DNA of 64,000 nt from Macrostomum lignano. Taxonomy: Eukaryota. Location of the stretch: assembly GCA_002269645.1 (NCBI GenBank), contig NIVC01003985.1, positions 1 through 64,000 of the forward strand. Reading direction: 5' to 3'. The notes beneath the pieces were generated by a model, which was not told where the DNA came from, ran no database searches, and worked only from the letters and a program-made list of their open reading frames with translations. The translations under genes and the position numbers were made by a program. This document shows positions 48,310-59,629 of the stretch, piece after piece (position 1 is the first letter of the stretch; each line of letters starts with the position of its first letter).

Positions 48310-49900
48310 GTTAACTACCTTAAATTTCGATCTCGCCTCCGATCTCGGGCGGACCTAGGGGTCTCCTTCTGGCAGAACTTCTGGGTGTCACAGGCTCGGC
48401 TCGAACAGCTGCATGGCTGCCCCGCAGGTCAGGTTGAGCTGCGGCTGCATGGTTGTTCCGGAGCTTTCGAGCCATTGATTTGATTTCGAGCCACTGTCTT
48501 TGCTGGACTCGTAGGGCAACATTCTTCATGACGAAGGCGAAGGGGTACTTCGACGTTGTGTTGACATAGGTTAGGATGTACTTTCTTCATCCGTCCGTCG
48601 GTTCTCCATTGGGGCCTAGGATGTCGATCGTGCATCTCCCAGAGAATTCATAGACCGGAAAGGATTGTACATGCGCCGGAATTTGTCGTCGGCCTTTGCT
48701 CTGAGCGCAAATCTGGCAAGAGGCGACATACATGTGGTCGGACACTGCTAGGCAGGTCGCCAGAACCTTTTGCGCATTTTGGCTGTCGTAACGTCTGTTT
48801 GTGGACCGTTTGTGTCCGATCACCATCGTCTACGATTACCAGTTGGTCGTAAAACGCTAATACATTTCGCTCATCTTGAGCAACCCCATTGAGCAAGCGG
48901 GGGGTTTCGGTTGTCCATTTTCGAGTAAATTGATCACCATGGCTGAGTCAGCGCGTTGATGAATCTGAAGCTCCTCGCGGGTGCCTGGCCTCGGGATGTG
49001 ATCTGTTAAGTTCATTGGTCGGCTTCTTTCGGTCTGAAGCTCCCTCATTAAGAAATTTCTCGAGTCACGAAGGAAGAGAAGAGAGAAGCTCGCTTATTTA
49101 GATACATACAATAATCCTTGCAATATGTCCGGGAAAGTGATCGATTAAATCCCGCAAAATAAAATCTATGTCAATAACCTCCCTAACTACTTCAACTGGT
49201 TTCCGCGATGCTGACGTGCCCGCGAAGGTCGATTATCCTCGGTTGGGCTTTCATCGATGGCTTCGGCGTCACTGTCGCTAGACTTGGACTCCTCAATTGA
49301 TGATGACGAGGAACAGGAGCTGTCTGCGTCGCTGCTGAAGCTCACTTTCTTCTTGAATTTTTGACTGCGAGCAGGTCGGCAGGGGCCATCTTTTTGACGT
49401 AGTGCTGCACTGCTGGCGCTGTGCACGTCGTCTTCTTCAGTTAGTAGGCAGCGGCTCCGTGTAGGGCAACATGTCGGGCTACTGAACCTGCTAGGTGACA
49501 CTTGAGAGTCATAAGAACGGCAAGCTGGTGGCCTCGGTTTAGCTGTCGGCGGGTGCAGCTCTGTCAGCGGCTTGCTGTCGGCTGTCGGTGTTGCTGGCGG
49601 CGTTGCCTCGTCGTTGGACTTTTTATTCTTCGGCTGCTTCCTTTTCTTTCGGCAGTCTGACGTCTTCTTGCTCGGTGGAGGGCCAAGGTTGTCGCTGTCG
49701 TGGATCTTCGGCGCCGGTGGCGCAGGTTGTCGATGCTGGCTGCTACTTTGGTCCTCGTCAGCCTCCTCCAGGCAGTCGGCGTCGTCTTCTGGCCTTCTTG
49801 AGAGACTGTCGGCATTCTGATGCTGTCCTGATTTGCGATGCTGGATCTCAAACAAACTCAAATTCGCTCAGTATCTTGAGCCATCGTCCGAAGATGGCCA
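48310..49900 (-). mobile_element. Decayed Ty3/Gypsy pol (RNase H end, linker, integrase)
   Basis: FEIQHRKSGQHQNADSLSRRP (RNase H C-terminal motif), YVASCQICAQSK (Zn finger), IDILGP..YILTYVNTTSKYPFAF (integrase core); many frameshifts. Confidence 0.78.
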
Positions 49901-50791
49901 TTCGTTGAGTTCTCCTCAGGATCCCAGGTCAGCGCGGAATGGTCGGTCTTGGCCAACAGGTAGAAGTGGAAATGTCGCATTCCGTCTACGACTGCCAATA
50001 GTTCTTGTGAGGGGAATTCCTGAAATGTCAAGGCTTACGGGGGGAATTACTGAGATGGCAAGGCTTGGGGGAATTGCTAAGGTATAAAGGCTGGAGGTCA
50101 GAAGCTGCATGTAGTTTATCTAAAAAAAATTGATTACATTCTTTTTTAGCTTTAAAAAGTTAAATGCTAGGCTTTCCAACAAAATCTGCCTCTGCATCTT
50201 GAAGCAAAAATGCATGTTTTCTTCAAATGCTACTTTACACAACTCTTTTAATTAATGCAATTTAGCAATTCCAGGTGATAAATCAATTGAATTGCATCAC
50301 TAATTCATAAAGAGCCTTCTCGTAAAATATACGGATTACTGAAGTGCATTTTTATGATGCATGTATTTTCTGCATACACTGTGCAATTGTAATCAAATAA
50401 AGAGAGCTTTTTATACGAATTTAGCTAAAAAACTTATCTTATTTACATGTAGACAGCGACATTCTAATAAAGAATTCGGAATCAATTATGATGCACGACG
50501 GCTTACAATTTATGCATATCGCGACAGTGTGCAATGGAGAGGATACATATACGCTTAGAATAGCGTTCGCGATTCATAAAAGCGACGTAGGACAACCGCT
50601 AGAGACAATTTAGATGCCAAACAAATGAGCTCATCGCGTAGTACAACCGCAGATTGCGTGTCCTTATAGATGAATAATCGCTTAAATTGCACATCTGCAC
50701 AAACATATACTCAATTCATAATACATTCGTGCTGTACGTGTCTGATCCAATCATTACACAAGTTAATATGTTAAGTCTAAAGTCCAGAATA

Positions 50792-52510
50792 TTATCTGCC
50801 AGATGGCAGAAATTCAACTCCATCAAACAGGACATTCCCAGATGCGACATACTCGCGCAATCCAGTCTTGGTCACCTTGCCGGTCGGTCCAGTTGGAAAA
50901 TGATCCAGAACAGCCCAGTAGCGCGGCACATACGAGACACCGCTTCGGCTTTCACCAATGCTCTGGTCGATGCACCACCTAGCCAGCATACCGGAGGTCT
51001 CTTCGGGACTCCTGAGCTTGTTGTACGCTGTCTTCAAAATGACACAGGCGGCAATTTCTTCTCCGACTCGCTCGTCGGGAACGCCGAACACCTGAGCGGC
51101 GTGAACTTCGGGATGGCCGAGTAGCACGCGTTCGACGCTGGTTGGTGCAACCTTCTCCGTAGCCAGTATGATTAAATCCTTGATACGATTAGTCACTGTT
51201 ATGTTCCCGAACTCGTCCATGCTGCCGATGTCTCCGGTGCGATACCAACCGGAATCTGTTAGGGCGGCTCTGATCAGCTCCGGATCGTCCAGGTAGCCGC
51301 GCATCACGGAGAAACCGCGAACAAGCACCTCGCCGTCGGTGCCAATCGGCAGGGGCAGCCAACTTCCACGATCCGGATCTGCAATCATCACCTCCATGTG
51401 GGGAGCTGCCCTGCCCACCGTGTTCTGTCGAATGGTCGGGTTATTATCCGGACCCCAAGGCGGGCAAATTTCCGAGATCATTAGCGTCTCCGTGCTGCCG
51501 TAGTAGTTCACCAGGCACGGTAGAACAGTCATAGCGCGCTCCATCTGCTCGCTGGTCGTTGGCGCTCCCGACAGCAGAGCGCTTCGTAGAGTTGCAGGCG
51601 GTTTCCCGCCCTTTTGCAGAATGTCGTGCACCAAATGACCGAAAAAGTCACCGCTGGTCACCTGCTCCTCAGCCAGCGTGTCCAGCAGCCAGACGGCGTT
51701 CTCAGCTCCGCGATTTCCTGCAAACGTGTTGGCTGGCGTGGCAACCAGAGTCAGGCCGTCCAATATTGCCATTAAAAAGCCGAATGTGCCAACCACGTGG
51801 CTTGTTGGTCGATCAGAAAAGAAAATGTCCTCACTGTTTAGCAGGGCGCCTCGAGTTCGGAAGCGAATCGAATTAACTAAGGAATGATGCGAATGCGGCA
51901 CCATCTTCGGCTTGCCTGTGGTACCGGAAGTCAGGTAGATAACAGCTGTCTGATCTGCCGAAATCACTGACTGTCTGTCACGCAGCAGCTTCCGCAGCTC
52001 GTCATCCAGCTTGTCCGCAGTTTCTTTCCCCCGCTGCACTAGCGAGTCGAAGTCGATTCTCACGGCAAACTTGTCAACCAGCCACTCTGCCCCAGTCTTG
52101 TATATGCCGGAGTTCATGTAGAACAGGGCCTTGCAGTCGGTTCCGTCAGCCAGTCGAATCAAGTCGCTCTGCTGGCTCGGATGCGCGGACACGATCACCA
52201 GGCCGGCCTTGTGCAATCCGGCCAACGTGGCGCAGAACTCCAAACAGTTGGTGCCTAAAACCATCACCAGGCTGCCCGCGCCCAGCTCCGGTTGGTCCTG
52301 TACAATGCGACACGCAATCCCGTCGGCGACCCGATGAAAATCCGCAAAGGTGATCGACTGTCTCGGAGCGTCGGGTCGGCGGAACACGATCATCTCTTTG
52401 TTGGGCGTTTCAGAGGCCCATTTCGGCAGACGGTCGAAGCTTCGCCAGAACTGCAGCGGCTCCTCGGTACTGCCGTGGCAGTAGCTTTGAGTCAGCTTTG
52501 GTATCGGCAT
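50792..52510 (-). CDS. Acyl-CoA synthetase family 2-like (ACSF2-like) AMP-dependent ligase, intronless, about 572 aa
   Basis: Canonical adenylation motifs YLTSGTTGKPK, YYGSTE, WYRTGD, NRIKDLI, VFGVPDERVGEEIAACV, FPTGPTGKV. N-terminal QSYCHGSTEEPL resembles ACSF2-type SYxxG. ATG at 52510. Confidence 0.9.
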   Translation of the reverse strand: MPIPKLTQSYCHGSTEEPLQFWRSFDRLPKWASETPNKEMIVFRRPDAPRQSITFADFHRVADGIACRIVQDQPELGAGSLVMVLGTNCLEFCATLAGLHKAGLVIVSAHPSQQSDLIRLADGTDCKALFYMNSGIYKTGAEWLVDKFAVRIDFDSLVQRGKETADKLDDELRKLLRDRQSVISADQTAVIYLTSGTTGKPKMVPHSHHSLVNSIRFRTRGALLNSEDIFFSDRPTSHVVGTFGFLMAILDGLTLVATPANTFAGNRGAENAVWLLDTLAEEQVTSGDFFGHLVHDILQKGGKPPATLRSALLSGAPTTSEQMERAMTVLPCLVNYYGSTETLMISEICPPWGPDNNPTIRQNTVGRAAPHMEVMIADPDRGSWLPLPIGTDGEVLVRGFSVMRGYLDDPELIRAALTDSGWYRTGDIGSMDEFGNITVTNRIKDLIILATEKVAPTSVERVLLGHPEVHAAQVFGVPDERVGEEIAACVILKTAYNKLRSPEETSGMLARWCIDQSIGESRSGVSYVPRYWAVLDHFPTGPTGKVTKTGLREYVASGNVLFDGVEFLPSGR

Positions 52511-52883
52511 TGTTGATTGTTGGATCAACTGGATTTCTGAGCAAAGATCTGTTTACTTTTGAGGCTGGCTAGTGCTAAGAACAATGGTTTAATAAGGGTG
52601 TACAAACACTCGCAAGCGCTGCACTCGGTAGTTCACACTAAACAAATTGGCACACCGAGTACGCCATATACTATCGCAGCTGTCTCTCTTCCTTTCTTTC
52701 CATTCTGCTTATCAAGTATTATACTGTACAAGATCTCTTGTTAGCCTCTCTTGCTGCCTCAATGTACAATCTATTCAACTTTGTGCTAAGAATTGAGAAC
52801 GAGGCGAGCTGTGAAGGAGAGATCTGTCTGTCACTTATCTGTCAGTCAAGTGAGTTGAACTGAACTGCACAAAATTTTGTCTC

Positions 52884-53187
52884 TTTGGTGTGTGCCCTGT
52901 CTTTTTCGTTGGCGCCTTTAGTCATGGTTGGCGCCCCTGTCTCTTTGGTGGGCGCCCTTGTCTCTTGTTTGGCGCCCCCGTCACTTGGTTGGCGCCCCTG
53001 TATTTTGGTTGGCGCCCCTGTCTCTTTGGTGGGCGCCCCTTGTCTCTTGGTGGGCGCCCCTGTCTCTTGGTTGGTTGGCGCCCCTGTCTCTTGGTGGGCG
53101 CCCCTGTCTCTTTGGTTGGCGCCCCTGTCTCTTGGTTGGCGCCCCTGTCTCTTGGTTGGCGCCCCTGCCTCTTTGTTGGGTTACCTA
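52884..53187. repeat. TTGGTTGGCGCCCCTGTCTC-family minisatellite
   Basis: Directly visible; ends in tctttgttgggttaccta like the 57064 array. Confidence 0.9.
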
Positions 53188-53739
53188 CATGTACTGTATA
53201 TAAAATTTACCTACTGTATCTTGTATAGTTCCCAAAATCCTAAATGCATGTACAGGTACTTTTGGTCTCACACAAGCTTGTTAATATACTAATATAGATA
53301 ATTTTAGTGATTTTACACAGATTATAAATGCCGGAGTAAATAGCGGCTTGTTCTAAGAAACCAATCTCACAAGCTGCCAAGAATGTCGCGACTCCGTGTA
53401 CAGTATGATTGCAGTGTTACATGAATATGTTAGAGTCTGCTTTGTATTTTCCTTTTCGTTTATTTTTATCAGCAGCGCATGTGTACCCAGCTTGTACCCG
53501 AATTGTATCCTTCATGCAGTGTTTTTAGTTTTATTAATAGCAGTAGATTACGTCATAGATCTTTGTTCCATACAAATTTTATTTGACTACTTTATGATTT
53601 TGTAGGTGGTACATCTGCAAAGAGCAGTCTCTTGCACTCTCAGCCAATCACAGCACCGGCCTAGTGGTTGATGCGACTGGTTGCTTAGAAAGTTCGTTTG
53701 TCAAGGTCGCTTAAATACAACGAGCCTTTAATATTTGCA

Positions 53740-55145
53740 AACTTATGATATATTTGCAACGAGGGGAGGTGACGTCGGAGGGCCACGCTCAACTGCTGCA
53801 GCGGCGAACTGCGAGACCAAGCGAGTTCAGCAAAGCGAGCGCCGGCGAGTTGAACGTTGGCCTGAGTGAAACTGGCGAGGTCGGCAACGAGGTTCCGCCC
53901 GTCGAGCTGCTGCCATCTTTGGCCAATCGGATTTTTCGGAGACCATGAGGCTCACTGACATCTCATCGAGCCCCAGCCGTTCCACAAGGCACGCTTCGGG
54001 TCGGGACGCTGAACTGCCGCACTCTCAAGGACGCCTGTCGGGAGGACTGCTGGCGCATCTAGCGCCCGACCTTAGATGCAATGTCATCTTGCTGCAATAG
54101 GGAATTCATTTGAAGGACCTCGACGCCAGCTCTGGTACATACCAGCGGACCAACTTATCGGACCGCTAATCGGATCGAGGCTGCAGATGGAGCTGTCGCT
54201 ACATCTCCCTGTCTGACCGGCTGCTTCGGGTTGACGTCCTGTTTCAACAAATTCGCGGCCGGAACGCTCGCCTGTTCTGCGCGTACGCACCTCCTGCCAC
54301 CCGGCCGGATGAGCTCAAGTCTTCTTCGAGCAGCTCTCGACGCGGATGGAGATCACTCAGTGGTTTCCTTGGAGACCTGAACGCGGTTTTTCATAGGTCC
54401 GAGCGTCGTTGTTTGTACATCGGGCGAGAACGGCAACAGCGGAGCGCTGGAGAACTTCCTGGAAAGGCAGGAAATGGTGTCGGCCAATACATGCTTCCGC
54501 GAGCCACCCGGCAGGATCGCGACCTTCGTGGGTTGCAAGCTTGTGCGTCTTCGTGAGTGCCGCAGGCTCTGCGTCTGCAACCTGCGTGTACGCGATCCGT
54601 TTTACCGTCCGCCGAAGCGTCAGTACGCCGAGTACACCGGGATAATTGTGCTGTGGTTAGAGCCGCGGCAGAGCAAGCAGTCCCGCTCACGCGACTGACC
54701 GAAGAGCTGGATCGAGATCGAGAGGATCCGTCTGAGCAGGCGGCCAACTCGCGAGGCGGAGGATCGGCTCTGGAGGCTGTCCTGTCCACCTGCAGCGTCA
54801 GCAGACCTGATGCCAAAGGGAACGTGGCCTCGTCCGCCATCAACGCGACACCGCCAAACGATCTGAGATGCCATTACCGGCAGATGAGAGTTTCTTCGCG
54901 CGGGAAAGCGCTGGGTCCAGCGAGGTCGCAAGTGTGATGAATCACGTGCTTTTCGGTGAGGCGGCACCCAACAAATGGACTCACGAGACGTACATGTACA
55001 TCGTCGCTATTCCGAAGAAGCCGGACACCACACGGCTAGAAGCACATTTGAAAAATCCTCTGGGTTGCTTCATGGAGACGCTAACGTCGCTTCTGTTTCT
55101 CCTGGTGCTTGACTGGGTGCTGCGGACTGCTTTGCCGGACGCCTA
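53740..55145 (+). mobile_element. Internally deleted non-LTR retrotransposon fragment (endonuclease/RT region)
   Basis: Fragments FLERQEMVSANTCFR, IVAIPKKP and LLFLLVLDWVLR resemble LINE ORF2 motifs; many breaks. Confidence 0.6.
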
Positions 55146-56563
55146 GCTGCTCTGTGGACGCTGATCCTATCAAGGTTTTACAAATTTTGTGCTGAAAAAA
55201 TGAAAAAGCGCTATAATAGCTCCTTCATTCTCCGTAAAACGTATTTTTTCGCTAAAAATATGTATTCTTAAAAGTTCCAAGCAGCGTCGTTTCCTGTCCT
55301 TCTACTGGGTAGTCCCGTGCAATGATTGTATATGTATAGTCTAAAATTTTATTGTTACATGTATACTGTATATACATGTAATAAATTATATGCATGTTAT
55401 TTTATAAGCAAATGTATGCGTATTTAAAAATAATTGTACAGTCATTTAAATCAAAGAACGTATCTCAAAGCAGAACTAAGCTCAATAGCTCATATTATTA
55501 GCTTTGCATCGTCACCAGACGCCACATGTAAGTGTTATACTTAATTAGTTGTTAAATGGCTTTAAACGGCTTAAAACGTTTTCATTACAGTTTCAAACCT
55601 AAAATGTTTATTAACATTGTCCGTAATATTCACAGACATGCAAAGAACTCAAAATTTATTTATTAAATCTGCAGACTAATTGCCCTCTGTTGAGAAAACT
55701 TGGCTGATAATTTGTTATACTGATTCAATGAAAAGCTTCTTTAACTACGAATCAAAGCACTCATTCAAAGGTGGATGAGGCAGGAAAATTGACTTTAATT
55801 GCCGCATAGAGAAAAAGCATGTAATTCCCTTTTAATCCTCTTTTAATCCTCCTTTTTAAGGCTCTTTAAAAAAAGTTATAACTCTAGCTCCTTTTTAGGA
55901 AAATTGATTCTGCATTACTTTGAAAAATGAATAGCAAAAAATGTAGCATATCTGTTTCAATAATTAACACTAATTAAAGTTTTACCAGTAAAAATTATCT
56001 ACATACTGAGCGAATACGCTCGTACTAGTAGCACAAACAAAACTAAATTGCATACAGCTGTACCTGACTCTGACTTGTGTTGCTGTTGCTTCCTGTGGAC
56101 CCTCGGCCTGAATGAGCCAGTGACCTGTGTGGTCTAGCGGTGTGAGTCAAGTTTATTATATTTTAATATTTTTTGTTCATAATTATTGTATCAGAACATT
56201 GTTAAATTGTTATAATTAAAAAATGAAAGTTTTTTAAAGGATTAAAAATATTAAGATTATTTTGTATATATCATCAGATCATATATGTTATATGCAATTA
56301 AACCATATATTATTATACCACAAAAATTTTCTTAATCTTTAAATTTTATAAAATGTTTCTTGATAAAGAATGAATAACAAAAGTTTTATCTCACAGGATT
56401 GAAAATATATTTTGTATTTTCACAATCAGAAGAAAGAAAACTTCATGTTTTCTGTAATTTCAATTTCAGAGTAGTTTATATAATAATTTCCATTAGTATT
56501 TGCAAATATTACTCAACAGGAACAAAGTCCAACAATCGCTCCAAAGAAGTTGCACACCGGGAA

Positions 56564-57841
56564 ATGCTGGCCAACTGCGCTTCTGCAGCTCTGGTTGCCA
56601 TAGTAACCTGCGTCTCCGCACGTCGCATAGATGGAATGGCAGCGGCGGATCAGCTGTTCCTCTCGGCATCCTCAGCCACCCGCTGGCACGCAACCCTGTG
56701 CGGAGCGGCCGTTGCTGGCCTCCTGAGCTTCGGCGTGCGGGCCCTGCGGCCTCGGGAAGGTCGAACTGGTCAGGCGGAGACGATGGCGCACTCCCAGCTG
56801 GTCAGGCACGCCCTGCTGAACGGTGCGGCGGCGGCGCAGACTTTGGCGGGTGTGGGACTGGCCTGGCTGGCAGCTCGGTCCGAGGTGAGTCACCTTCTGC
56901 TGTAGCAGCAGAAACGGCTAGTGGAGGCAGCGGTTTTGGGAAATTGATCGATAAGAAAGAAAGTTTTCTGTTACTTTCAGCACTCTAACCTTCAGGACTA
57001 GACAAGATTGCGTTTTTGGCATAGCGATATATGAGGTTTGGCCACAGACAAAACCGTGGTGGTGTTGGTGTGCGCCCCTGTCTGTTGGTTTGCGCCGTGT
57101 CTCTTTGGTGGGCGCCCCTGTCTCTTGGTTGGCGCCCCTGTCTCTTGCATGGTTGGCGCCCCTGTCTCTTGGTTGGCGCCCCTGTCTCTTGCATGGTTGG
57201 CGCCCCTGTCGTTTGGTTGGCGCCCCTGTCTCTTGGTGGGCGCCCCTGTCTCTTGGTGAGGGCCCCTGTCTCTTGGTGAGGGCCCCTGTCTCTTGGTGAG
57301 GGCCCCTGTCTCTTGGTGAGGGCCCCTGTCTCTTGGTGAGGGCCCCTGTCTCTTGGTGAGGGCCCCCGTCTCTTGGTGAGGGCCCCTGTCTCTTGGTGAG
57401 GGCCCCTGTCTCTTGGTGAGGGCCCCTGTCTCTTGGTGAGGGCCCCTGTCTCTTTGTTGGGTTACCTAGATGTCCTGTCCGAAGAGTTGACTTAAATGTG
57501 TCTCCCGCATGATTTGCTCGCAGCCGCCGCACCGTCACGTGACCAGCTGGCACGGCTGCATCGGCATGGCAGCTTCTCTAGCCCTACTCTGGCAACTGGC
57601 TGTCGGCCTGTTCCTCCGCTACTGCCTTCCGGAAGCTTCCAAACGTCGACTTGCAGTGGAATTTCTGCACGCCATGGGCGGCGGAGCGACGTTCGGTTTG
57701 GCGTCAGTTGCGCTTGGTAGCGGCCTCTTCACCGATTGGTTCCTGCGGAGATGCCCGCCTAGCCTGCTATTGGCTGGCCTGATCTGTCTGTATCTAATTG
57801 GCCTGCGGGTTTTCGCGCAAATCTGGGAGCACTATTTTTAG
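56564..57841 (+). CDS. Cytochrome b561 domain protein (CYB561D1/D2-like), 2 exons (56564-56884 and 57524-57841), 212 aa
   Basis: Phase-0 GT..AG intron. Four heme-ligand His in b561-like spacing (RWHATL, VRHALL, TSWHG, FLHAMGG) and multiple TM helices. Confidence 0.8.
57064..57470. repeat. TTGGTGAGGGCCCCTGTCTC / TTGGTTGGCGCCCCTGTCTC minisatellite in the b561 intron
   Basis: Directly visible; same family as the arrays at 37478 and 52884. Confidence 0.9.
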
Positions 57842-58295
57842 ATACACGGAATTTCGGTGGCTTGATCTGTTTTCTTTTTAGAGTGTTAAATCTCCCGATC
57901 ATTTTTACATAGATTCATTCTTCTGAACTGTACATTTATCGTTCAATTTATTTAACTGAATCTAACAAATTTTCCGGTGTTAGTTGTTAATCGCATATTT
58001 AAATCAAATTAGATAACCTACTTTTGGAAATATTTTAACATTACAAAAAATACAATAAGAAATACATAAAAATAAATTTTGTGTTCCTGAAGTTATCGAG
58101 TAGTTTCCAATCTAAAAATGTATTATTGGTTAATATAAACAGTCTTTATCATTGCTACACGTATAAAACATGTTTATTGACAAATGAATTTAAGCCATAG
58201 GCATAATTAAGTTATTAGGTTATAGTTATTACGTTTCTTTTGCACTTTGTCTCTGCTTTAATGGCTTTTTGAAAATTAACTGCTCTGTTTGTTAG

Positions 58296-58321
58296 TCTCT
58301 GTCTGTCTATTTGTTTGTCCA

Positions 58322-58412
<91 letters not shown>

Positions 58413-58423
58413 GCCTGACTGAC

Positions 58424-58496
<73 letters not shown>

Positions 58497-58545
58497 GCCT
58501 GACTGACTGTCTGTCTGTCTGTCTGTCTTTCTGTCTGTCTGTCTT

Positions 58546-58580
<35 letters not shown>

Positions 58581-58713
58581 GCCTGTCTGTCTGTCTGCCT
58601 GACTGACTGTCTGTATGTCTGTCTGTCTGTCTTTCTGTCTGTCTGTCTGTCCATCTGTCTGTCTGTCTGCCTGTCTGCCTGACTGACTGTCTGTCTGTCT
58701 GTCTGTCTGTCTT

Positions 58714-58754
<41 letters not shown>

Positions 58755-58839
58755 ATTAGAGTCTGTTGGTCTGTCTGTATTTGTCTGTCCATCTGTCTGT
58801 CTGTCTGCCTGACTGACTGTCTGTCTGTCTGTCTGTCTT

Positions 58840-58880
<41 letters not shown>

Positions 58881-58987
58881 ATTAAAGTCTGTTGGTCTGT
58901 CTGTATTTGTCTGTCCATCTGTCTGTCTGTCTGCCTGCCTGTCTGGCTGTCTGCCTGTCTGTCTGTCTGTCTGTCTGTCTGTCTGCC

Positions 58988-59031
<44 letters not shown>
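58296..59031. repeat. (TGTC)n / (GACA)n microsatellite, about 740 bp, with interrupted blocks
   Basis: Directly visible. Confidence 0.98.
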
Positions 59032-59629
59032 AGTTGCTGTAAAAAATTGCTGAAAAAATGAAACAAACTAACTTACTCCTATTTTAGTTGAATAACAGTT
59101 TCGCGATAATGTGAAATTCCATGTGATCATCTGAAGGTGACATGGTGGTCAAATTCCATTTATACATATATTTTGGTAAATATTGTGGTCCCGAGAGTGC
59201 TACCATAACTGTTAGCTGACTGAAATGTAATCATGCGTTTCAAATTATTATTTATGCAAATATCATTCCCAATAAGTATGAGCCGCTGTCCGCCACACTA
59301 AACAACACCCACTGTCATCTGCTACTCTGACCGCGAGCTCCGGATCAATCTGGAAATATCCGCGTCCTTTGGGATATTCAACCGCCGCCCCCATAATGAG
59401 GATCCCATGCGCTATGCGGGGATTAAGCAACACAAGACTGAGATCGTATGCCATGCCATATAAAAGCCTGCATGATCCGGAACGCTCCAGTTTAGACTTT
59501 GCTCTCTACTGTAGTATAAGCTGTCTGACTCTAACAGTTTACAACCTGAAAGCTTTGGGCCAGAGTCAGTAGTCTTCATTAAGCGCTATACTCACTTTAG
59601 AAGCTGAACAAACCCATTCTCATAAAACT

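Noticed and set aside
50792-52528. Bacterial contamination or operon around the intronless ligase
   Set aside because: Flanks are eukaryotic repeats and spliced genes, with no neighbouring bacterial-type genes. Gene-level HGT is left open in the findings.
58215-59066. 283-aa QTDR-repeat ORF
   Set aside because: Translation of a (GACA)n microsatellite.
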